Source: a virus (taxonomy: Duplodnaviria > Heunggongvirae > Uroviricota > Caudoviricetes). From it: DNA of 9,920 nucleotides. Under the pieces are notes generated by a model. The model saw only the letters and a list, made by a program, of their open reading frames with translations, was not told where the DNA came from and did no database searches. Each line of letters opens with the position of its first letter. The first letter of the stretch is position 1. The stretch is from the IMG/VR virus record IMGVR_UViG_2671180283_000021; one strand, 5' to 3'. The position numbers and the translations under genes were made by a program. Positions 1-6,384 of the stretch are shown one piece after another.

Positions 1-24
1 GTAAGCGTCAACGGAGCACCGTAT
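1..24. repeat. IS66 terminal inverted repeat (end proximal to tnpC)
   Basis: GTAAGCGTCAACGGAGCACCGTAT pairs as an imperfect inverted repeat with 2509..2532. Confidence 0.7.
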
Positions 25-30
25 TGACGC

Positions 31-1644
31 TTATTTATTGGTGAGTACTACGTTCCATGGCAGGAGTTCATCAACTCGGTTGGAAGGCCATTCCGGCAGT
101 ACGCTCAGGATATGGCGCAGATACGCTTCCGGATCGATACCGTTCAGACGGCAGGTGCCGATCAGCCCGTACAACAGTGCTCCACGCTCGCCGCCGTGAT
201 CGCTGCCAAAGAACATAAAGTTTTTCTTTCCGAGACAGACTGCACGAAGCGCTCTTTCCGCAGCATTATTATCCGCCTCCGCCAGACCGTCATCACTGTA
301 ATAACAGAGGGCATCCCACTGATTCAGTACATAGCTGAACGCTTCGCCCAGTCTGGATTTTTTCGACAGCGTACCATTCTTCTCCACCATCCATTCATGC
401 AGCGACGTCAGTAACACTTTGCTTCGCTGCTGCCTGACGGCAAGACGCTCTAACTCCGGTAATCCCCGTATTTCATCCTCGATGGCGTACAGTTCACTGA
501 TTCGCTTCAGGGCTTCTTCTGCCGTCGCACTTTTGCTGCTGATGTATACATCGTGGATTTTTCGCCGGGCATGGGCCCAGCACGCAACTTCTGTCAGTGC
601 ACCACCTTCACGTTCTGCACTGAACAACCTGTCGTAACCTGTGAACGCATCCGCCTGCAGGATACCCCGGAAGGGGCGGAGGTGTTGCTCCGGGTGTTTC
701 CCCTGCCGGTTCGGCGAGTACGCGAACCAGACCGCTGGAGGAGATGACGAACCCACATTGCGATCATCCCGGACATACGTCCAGATACGCCCTGTTTTCG
801 CCTTTTTCTGACCCGGTGCCAGTACCTTTACCGGTGTGTCATCAGTGTGAACCTTGCGGGTGTTCATTACATAACGGTACAGGGCATCATTCACCGGTGT
901 CATTAACTGGCAGCACGCGTCAACCCAGTTGGAGAGTAAGGCCCGGCTCAGTTCGACACCCTGGCGGGCAAAGATTTCACTCTGACGATACAGTGGCAGA
1001 TGTTCGCAGTATTTTCCCGTTAACACGCGGGCAAGTAATCCGGGGCCCGCGATACCACGCTCTATCGGGCGGGACGGCGCCGGTGCTTCAACAATACAGT
1101 CACATTTTGTACAGGCTTTTTTTACCCGTTCTGTGCGGATCACTTTCAGGGCACTGCTCACCAGTTCCAGCTGTTCAGCGCTGACTTCCCCCAGATAATC
1201 CAGCTCACCGCCACACTCCGGGCAACAGCTTTCTTCTGGCTCCAGGCGGTGTATTTCACGGGGAAGGTGTGCCGGTAACGGACGACGATGGCGCGACTGT
1301 CGCAACTGGCGGGGAACCTGAGGATCGTCTTCCCGCCCACTGTAACGATCGCTGTCCTGTTCACGTTGTTTCAGCAGAGCCTCAGCCAGTTCAACTTCAC
1401 GACGCAGTTTTTCAGAACGGGTACCGAACAGCATCCGGCGCAGTTTTTCTATCTGAGCCCGCAGATGTTCTATTTCCCGTTCATCTTCTTCGATCTTTTC
1501 TTCGGCACGTGTCAGTGCAGAGCGCAGGAAGGCTTCCGTCTCTTCAACCAGACTCAGTTGCTGGTCTTTCTGACGGAGGGCTTCAGCCTGCTCAGAGAGC
1601 AACCTTTCCAGCTCTGCGATGCGAATGAGGTATTTCTGACTCAT
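31..1644 (-). CDS. tnpC: IS66-family transposase TnpC (ORF3, DDE transposase with zinc-finger motifs)
   Basis: 537 aa. N-terminal coiled-coil/leucine-zipper-like region (LRAQIEKLRRMLFGTRSEKL), CxxC...CxxC motifs (CCPECGG, CTKCDC), and length and organisation characteristic of IS66 TnpC. Confidence 0.9.
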   Translation of the reverse strand: MSQKYLIRIAELERLLSEQAEALRQKDQQLSLVEETEAFLRSALTRAEEKIEEDEREIEHLRAQIEKLRRMLFGTRSEKLRREVELAEALLKQREQDSDRYSGREDDPQVPRQLRQSRHRRPLPAHLPREIHRLEPEESCCPECGGELDYLGEVSAEQLELVSSALKVIRTERVKKACTKCDCIVEAPAPSRPIERGIAGPGLLARVLTGKYCEHLPLYRQSEIFARQGVELSRALLSNWVDACCQLMTPVNDALYRYVMNTRKVHTDDTPVKVLAPGQKKAKTGRIWTYVRDDRNVGSSSPPAVWFAYSPNRQGKHPEQHLRPFRGILQADAFTGYDRLFSAEREGGALTEVACWAHARRKIHDVYISSKSATAEEALKRISELYAIEDEIRGLPELERLAVRQQRSKVLLTSLHEWMVEKNGTLSKKSRLGEAFSYVLNQWDALCYYSDDGLAEADNNAAERALRAVCLGKKNFMFFGSDHGGERGALLYGLIGTCRLNGIDPEAYLRHILSVLPEWPSNRVDELLPWNVVLTNK

Positions 1645-1674
1645 GACCGTTTTTATAATGCGGTCAGGAGTTTT

Positions 1675-2025
1675 TTACAACATTGTCAGTGAGTTACGGC
1701 TGGATGTTTTTGGCTGACGCCAGTCCAGCTTATCGAGGAGCATTGCCAGTTGCGAGCGGGTAATGGATACCTTGCCGTCACGTACCGCAGGCCAGATAAA
1801 CTGGCCTTCCTCCAGGCGTTTGGTGAACAGGCACAGACCATCAGCATCAGCCCAAAGAATTTTGACGGTGTCACCCCGTCGGCCACGGAAGATAAACAGG
1901 TGACCGGAGAAGGGATTATCATTCAGCACATGTTGTACCTGTTCTCCCAGTCCGTTGAAGGATTTACGCATATCGGTAACGCCGGCAACGAGCCAGATAC
2001 GGGTACCTGATGGGAGTGAGATCAT
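1675..2025 (-). CDS. tnpB: IS66-family accessory protein TnpB (ORF2)
   Basis: 116 aa, with the characteristic small IS66 Orf2 sequence (WLVAGVTDMRKSFNGL...ILWADADGLCLFTKRLE). Sits between tnpA and tnpC, and its start overlaps the tnpA stop. Confidence 0.9.
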   Translation of the reverse strand: MISLPSGTRIWLVAGVTDMRKSFNGLGEQVQHVLNDNPFSGHLFIFRGRRGDTVKILWADADGLCLFTKRLEEGQFIWPAVRDGKVSITRSQLAMLLDKLDWRQPKTSSRNSLTML

Positions 2026-2447
2026 CTTCCCCTCCCGGTCAGTTCACGGATCAACACTGTGAGCAGCTCTGGCGATGGATTTTCCAGCGTCATGTTACCG
2101 TGACGGAATTCCACCTTGCAGGAACTGGCACTGACTCTGGTCTGAGTGGAAGTGGATAAAGACGGCGCAATGGCCGCCACAGGTTCTTTCTGCTCATCCG
2201 GCGTTATTTCTACAGGTAATAATTCAACGCCAGTGTCAGAAGAGGTCGTTACCGGAAGACGCCGCGAAACACGCCCTTCGTTCTGCCAGAGCCTGAGCCA
2301 TTTGAAAATAACATTATCATTGACGCCATTTTCACGTGCAATCTGTGCAACACAAGCTCCAGGTTGTGATGCCAGTTCCACCATACGAAGTTTGAATTCA
2401 TTCGAATAGTTTTTACGAGGTTCTTTTCGCCAGTCCTGTAATTCCAT
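2022..2447 (-). CDS. tnpA: IS66-family TnpA (ORF1, HTH DNA-binding protein)
   Basis: 141 aa, with an N-terminal HTH-like segment (YSNEFKLRMVELASQPGACVAQIARENGVNDNVIFKW). First gene of the IS66 three-ORF module. Confidence 0.85.
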   Translation of the reverse strand: MELQDWRKEPRKNYSNEFKLRMVELASQPGACVAQIARENGVNDNVIFKWLRLWQNEGRVSRRLPVTTSSDTGVELLPVEITPDEQKEPVAAIAPSLSTSTQTRVSASSCKVEFRHGNMTLENPSPELLTVLIRELTGRGR

Positions 2448-2508
2448 ACTTAGATGTCCGTCTATATCAGATGGGCGTCTAAGTTACCAATTCTCGTCTG
2501 ATGGCTAC

Positions 2509-2532
2509 ATACGGCGGTCAGTTTACGCTTAC
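2509..2532. repeat. IS66 terminal inverted repeat (end proximal to tnpA)
   Basis: The reverse complement of ATACGGCGGTCAGTTTACGCTTAC matches window positions 1..24 at about 20 of 24 positions. It lies 85 nt upstream of the tnpA start, which is typical for IS66. Confidence 0.7.
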
Positions 2533-2713
2533 CAGGACTGAGGCCTTTCTGAAACTGGTATCCACGTCTGCGGTAATTCTGAATCAGCCACTCGGCCTGT
2601 TCTTCAGTGCATTGGTCATGCTGGTACCAGTCATATTTGAATGCGTGAGAGCGCCGTCCGTGTCTGCTGGCAGGGTCGGCATCAGAATTGTGGTGTTTGG
2701 TATTGTGCGCCAT
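2533..2713 (-). pseudogene. Possible 3'-truncated ORF remnant interrupted by the IS66 insertion (unknown protein)
   Basis: A minus-strand frame with a plausible ATG at 2713 (MAHNTKHHNSDADPASRHGRRSHAFKYDWYQHDQCTEEQAEWLIQNYRRRGYQF...) runs directly into the IS66 inverted repeat at 2532. The supplied longer ORF (to 2794) begins at a TTG inside a terminator T-tract and is unlikely to be real. No family recognised. Confidence 0.3.
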
Positions 2714-2783
2714 CGGTTGTCTCTGCTGGCGCAGCAGGTGCCAGTTGTTCAGGCTGGCGTGTGGATTGTAAACCAGAACGCCA

Positions 2784-2811
2784 GGAAAAAACAAAACCCG
2801 CGAAGCGGGTT
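2784..2811 (-). terminator. Rho-independent terminator downstream of the R-M operon
   Basis: GC-rich hairpin AACCCGC-GAA-GCGGGTT (2795..2811). On the minus strand it is followed by TTGTTTTTTCC, the reverse complement of 2784..2794. It lies 73 nt downstream of the endonuclease stop. Confidence 0.6.
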
Positions 2812-2883
2812 AGTAAAAATGTACTGAAGTCAATGACGTGCCATCACAGTTAAAATATGACAGACTCTATTTACGTAGAGATG

Positions 2884-3762
2884 TCAGACTGCAAGATCCA
2901 AGGGAAGATCAGAAATATCCTTTAATCTTTTACCATTAACCATCACGGAAAGCATGTCAGCTGCATCGCTGAGCCCCAGTATTTCAACTGCTGATATAAG
3001 TTCATAAAGCGCAAAATGATACACGCAATCTATATCACCAGTACCAAGAGCAATAGACGCCAGACGACTTGGAGTAGGCTCAGCAGTAACAACCATTACA
3101 TGAGGGAGATTTCCCTTACGGTTGCGAATAAGATTTAATGCCTCAGAACGAGCATTCTGGGCCCGGTCGCTTCTTATTGTCCATTTGCAGGAAATACTTG
3201 CGTGTAATATTGGTTTCCCACCATTCGAACTCCTGAGAGCTGACATGCGGGTAACAGAATCATCCACCAGTAATTCAGGACTGTTGATAACTTGATCACA
3301 TTCAGGTTCTCTTTCAACAATAATATCTGGTGAAATCGTATAATCACTCCCCAGTGCAGCAGCTAGCTGAGGATTACTTTTTGCAGCACTATCCAATGCT
3401 ATAAGATGGGCATATTGTTCATATTTAGCTATCTCTAATCTGTTTCTACCAGAAACCTGATGTACATTCCATTTTCCAGGGCGTAAGTGGCTGAGTTTAA
3501 AAAAGGTTTTTTCTATAAACTCTGCGCAGATACTCTCAAACTGATTACCAGATGTTTGCCCTGCAACACGTTCACCAATCGTTTCAGCCTGCAAGAAGCG
3601 AGCAATTTCTCTTGCTATAGCTTTACTGTTTTTGTTACTGCTATCTGCGTTACTAACAACTCCGGCAGTATTAATTGTGAGCGTATTCAGTAACAATTGG
3701 GCATGAAACTCCTTTCTGGCTTCAGCAAAACCAACTATGCTGTCAACCAAATCTCCATTCAT
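2884..3762 (-). CDS. Putative type II restriction endonuclease (PD-(D/E)xK fold), partner of the adjacent C5-methyltransferase
   Basis: Lies immediately downstream of the methyltransferase. The ATG at 3762 is 13 nt after the methyltransferase stop and is preceded by AGGAAA. Candidate catalytic motifs are SPDIIVERE and SCK, with a Glu 14 residues after the Lys, a spacing I recall from the Cfr10I/NgoMIV-like family. The supplied ORF extends to 3897 but that portion overlaps the methyltransferase by 122 nt. Confidence 0.6.
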   Translation of the reverse strand: MNGDLVDSIVGFAEARKEFHAQLLLNTLTINTAGVVSNADSSNKNSKAIAREIARFLQAETIGERVAGQTSGNQFESICAEFIEKTFFKLSHLRPGKWNVHQVSGRNRLEIAKYEQYAHLIALDSAAKSNPQLAAALGSDYTISPDIIVEREPECDQVINSPELLVDDSVTRMSALRSSNGGKPILHASISCKWTIRSDRAQNARSEALNLIRNRKGNLPHVMVVTAEPTPSRLASIALGTGDIDCVYHFALYELISAVEILGLSDAADMLSVMVNGKRLKDISDLPLDLAV

Positions 3763-3775
3763 TTCTGGATTTCCT

Positions 3776-4900
3776 TCAGGCTGCTTGACTATTCTTACTG
3801 ATGTTATTCTTATACCGTCCCTGCAAAACTCCATACACATATTGTGCGATTTTTGCTGCAAATAGCGGTGGAACAGCATTCCCGATCTGCTTTGCAATCT
3901 CAGTTTTTGAACCGGTAAAAATGAAATTATCAGGAAAAGACATTAATCTCGCTGCCTCACGATGAGTTATTGGCCGATCCTCTTCCGGATGTAAATATCG
4001 CCCTTTCTCCGGTTTGAAAAACTCAGTACGAATCGTTACTGAAGGTCTGTCCCACCACAGACGTCCAAACAAATCGGTCCCTCCAGATTTCTTTTTTAGC
4101 CAGCACGCCGGGGTTATATCAGGTCTTTTTTTCTGTAAATCGAAACGGTTACCTCCTGGTGGAACCGCTTTATATCGCTCCAGAGAAACAGGTGTGGGAT
4201 TACGCCCAAAATGTAAGTTCAGCGGAGGAAGTTCATTACGAATATCAGTTCCAACAGGAGCAGGTAAGTCACCAATTGCATCACGCGTACAGACCCATTC
4301 AGGCAAAGCGACATCCTTATCAGGGGAACGATGCGTTGGTGCTGGCGGGAACGCCGGAATACTATGCACATCGAAGAGTTCTCGTTTGATACCGATTGCT
4401 ATCGTTCGTTTTCTTGTCTGAGGTACTCCATAGTCAGCAGTATTCAACACCATTGGATTAAGCAGAATAAAGCCCATGGATTTCGCTCTAAACGTAATGT
4501 CCGCAAACTCATCGCTTATCAGCAATCCGGGGACATTTTCCATGACGAACATACAAGCCCTTGAACGCTCAATGACATCCATATAAGGCTCCCACAATGC
4601 TCTTCGGTGATCACCATAACGATTCTTATTCAATAAACTGAATCCCTGACACGGGGGGCCACCTATGACCACATCAGCCTCAGGAACAGTATTGCTGGAT
4701 GCCCACTCCTCAATATTTGCCTGAACTCCATGCAAACCAAAATTGGCATTGTAGGTATTTATAGCTGCAGCATTATTATCAATAGCAAGGATACTTTCAA
4801 AGTAGTCAGACATCTCTCCATGAAGAAAACCATAAGATAATCCACCTGCCCCACAAAAGAGGTCTATCACTCTGAATTTATTTAATTCTTTCATCCGCAT
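3776..4900 (-). CDS. DNA (cytosine-5)-methyltransferase
   Basis: 374 aa with canonical C5-MTase motifs: motif I FCGAGGLSYGF, motif IV GGPPCQGFS, motif VI ENVPGL, motif X QIGNAVPP. RBS GAGG lies 7 nt upstream of the ATG at 4900. Confidence 0.92.
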   Translation of the reverse strand: MRMKELNKFRVIDLFCGAGGLSYGFLHGEMSDYFESILAIDNNAAAINTYNANFGLHGVQANIEEWASSNTVPEADVVIGGPPCQGFSLLNKNRYGDHRRALWEPYMDVIERSRACMFVMENVPGLLISDEFADITFRAKSMGFILLNPMVLNTADYGVPQTRKRTIAIGIKRELFDVHSIPAFPPAPTHRSPDKDVALPEWVCTRDAIGDLPAPVGTDIRNELPPLNLHFGRNPTPVSLERYKAVPPGGNRFDLQKKRPDITPACWLKKKSGGTDLFGRLWWDRPSVTIRTEFFKPEKGRYLHPEEDRPITHREAARLMSFPDNFIFTGSKTEIAKQIGNAVPPLFAAKIAQYVYGVLQGRYKNNISKNSQAA

Positions 4901-4983
4901 CCATATGCCTCAGATTAATGTTGAGCGTCTTACAGGACGCGTAATGTTAACTGGGGCTTTCTCTATCTGCCTTTTGGTGTTCA

Positions 4984-5008
4984 TGCCTGAGGCAGACAGC
5001 CTCAGGCA
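4984..5008. other. Perfect 9-bp-stem hairpin (TGCCTGAGG-N7-CCTCAGGCA) in the QueH/methyltransferase intergenic region
   Basis: Inverted repeat read directly from the sequence, with no adjacent U-tract on either strand. Possibly a weak terminator for the QueH-like gene or a regulatory structure. Confidence 0.35.
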
Positions 5009-5078
5009 CCCGCAGCAATTCTACTTAACTCACGTCACCTCGCCAATATGAAATCAATCAGAAAGGTGATCCATAAAA

Positions 5079-5765
5079 TCACTCCTTCTCTTCTTTTCCG
5101 TAGTGGAGTTGGCCAATTTTGATAAGAGGGCGTCCCTGAGATTTGCGGTGTAGATTGGTATCGCGCAGAGAATACACACAGCCACAATATTCCTGCTGAT
5201 AGAATTTTTCGCGCTTGCTGATTTCAATCATACGGGACGAGCCGCCCTGCTTGCGCCAGTTATAATCCCAGTACACCATACCCGGATAATGCGCAACAGC
5301 TCGCCGCCCACACTCGTTAATCTGCTGCATATTTTTCCAGCGTGAAATGCCCAGTGAACTGCTGATCACACTGAAACCATTTTCAGCAGCGTACAACGCT
5401 GTCCGCTCAAAACGCATGTCAAAACACATGGTACAACGGATCCCCCTCTCAGGCTCCCATTCCATTCCTTTGGCACGTTCAAACCAGTTGTCGGTGTCGT
5501 AATCAGCATCGATAAACGGCACGCCGTGTTGTTCAGCAAAGCGAATATTTTCATCCTTACGAATTAAATACTCTTTCTGAGGATGAATGTTCGGGTTGTA
5601 GAAAAAGATGGTGTAGTCGATTCCCGAGGCCTGAAGCGCCTCCATCACTTCACCGGAACATGGAGCACAGCAAGAGTGCAGTAGTAGTTTGTTTGCCCCG
5701 TTTGGGAGCTCCAATTTAGGCCGTTTGAAATCAGCAATAGTCATAAATATTTTTATTGGGGTCAT
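5079..5765 (-). CDS. queH: QueH-like protein (DUF208 family; epoxyqueuosine reductase QueH homolog)
   Basis: 228 aa. N-terminal motif [11 protein letters not shown] plus further conserved Cys (RCTMCF, EYCGCVY), consistent with the Fe-S cluster ligands of DUF208/QueH as I recall them. No clear SD at either candidate start (5765 or 5744). Confidence 0.6.
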   Translation of the reverse strand: MTPIKIFMTIADFKRPKLELPNGANKLLLHSCCAPCSGEVMEALQASGIDYTIFFYNPNIHPQKEYLIRKDENIRFAEQHGVPFIDADYDTDNWFERAKGMEWEPERGIRCTMCFDMRFERTALYAAENGFSVISSSLGISRWKNMQQINECGRRAVAHYPGMVYWDYNWRKQGGSSRMIEISKREKFYQQEYCGCVYSLRDTNLHRKSQGRPLIKIGQLHYGKEEKE

Positions 5766-5918
5766 GAAAATAGCACAGAGTGTAGCATCAGAGCAGGGCT
5801 ATCGGGAATATATGTCTAAATCTGGTAATATCTGGTTTTGACGCAAAGCGGACAACCACGCTGGCTCTACCCTGCGCCATGAAAATGTCAATTCACATCT
5901 GAACTAATGCTCTTTAAT

Positions 5919-6344
5919 CTAGTAACGTCTAAAATACCTAACATTTCCTTGATAAAATGCCAGTACACGCTGCATAGCTTCGCTCTTCCGGCACTCGCGA
6001 CAGATTATGTTTAGGCGCCTGTCGTAGCGGCGTATTTCGCCGTCTGGTAATAGCCAGATAAGGTCCGGATCAACCACAGATGGTTTCTTCAGCTTTGCCC
6101 TTGAGAGTTTTTTGCGGGCGTTTTGCCAGTCCTTGCGCGCCTGCTCAGACGGGAATACTCCGTAACCGGAATTGTAAACATCACCACTGGCGGCCAGCTC
6201 CATGCATAAACGACCGACAGACGCATGACTGACACCAATTTCATCCGATAACTGCCGAATCGTGCCTCGTCCGTTAAGGCGTACGAATTCCACGATCAGC
6301 CCTTTAATTTTTTCCCGCTCTTCTTGTGTAAAAACTTTTGCCAC
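5919..6344 (-). CDS. Hypothetical protein with N-terminal winged-helix/HTH-like segment and basic C-terminus
   Basis: 141 aa with a GTG start at 6344 preceded by a strong SD (CAGGAGGG, 4-nt spacer). HTH-like segment GTIRQLSDEIGVSHASVGRLCMELAASGDV. C-terminal CRECRK and basic residues. No family recognised. Confidence 0.45.
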   Translation of the reverse strand: MAKVFTQEEREKIKGLIVEFVRLNGRGTIRQLSDEIGVSHASVGRLCMELAASGDVYNSGYGVFPSEQARKDWQNARKKLSRAKLKKPSVVDPDLIWLLPDGEIRRYDRRLNIICRECRKSEAMQRVLAFYQGNVRYFRRY

Positions 6345-6384
6345 AAGCCCTCCTGAAAATTACCTCATGACCAGAAATTAACAC

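Larger units (their letters stand above)
1..2532 (-). mobile_element. IS66-family insertion sequence, apparently complete (tnpA-tnpB-tnpC with terminal inverted repeats)
   Basis: Three co-directional minus-strand ORFs in the canonical IS66 order, with tnpA/tnpB overlapping by 4 nt (ATGA). The window starts with GTAAGCGTCAACGG, and the reverse complement of 2509..2532 (GTAAGCGTAAACTGACCGCCGTAT) matches 1..24 at about 20 of 24 positions. At 2532 bp the length is typical for the family. The left target-site duplication lies outside the window. Confidence 0.85.

Noticed and set aside
112-1692. Plus-strand ORFs (112..414, 419..637, 553..747, 744..1184, 1269..1628, 1288..1692) inside the IS66 tnpC region
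   Set aside because: They lie antisense to a well-supported 537-aa transposase gene and have low-complexity, Arg/Ser/Cys-rich composition typical of shadow ORFs, with no RBS support.
2462-2794. Supplied 110-aa minus-strand ORF taken as a full-length gene
   Set aside because: Its start is a TTG inside the U-tract of the R-M terminator, and its 3' end lies inside the IS66 inverted repeat. At most the internal ATG at 2713 could mark a truncated remnant.
2501-2853. Plus-strand ORFs 2501..2827 and 2641..2853
   Set aside because: One begins inside the IS66 inverted repeat and both span the terminator hairpin. Composition is hydrophobic or Cys/Arg-rich, as expected for antisense frames.
3763-3897. 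Long form of the endonuclease ORF (start at 3897)
   Set aside because: It would overlap the methyltransferase coding sequence by 122 nt. An ATG with an RBS at 3762, 13 nt after the methyltransferase stop, is the more parsimonious start.
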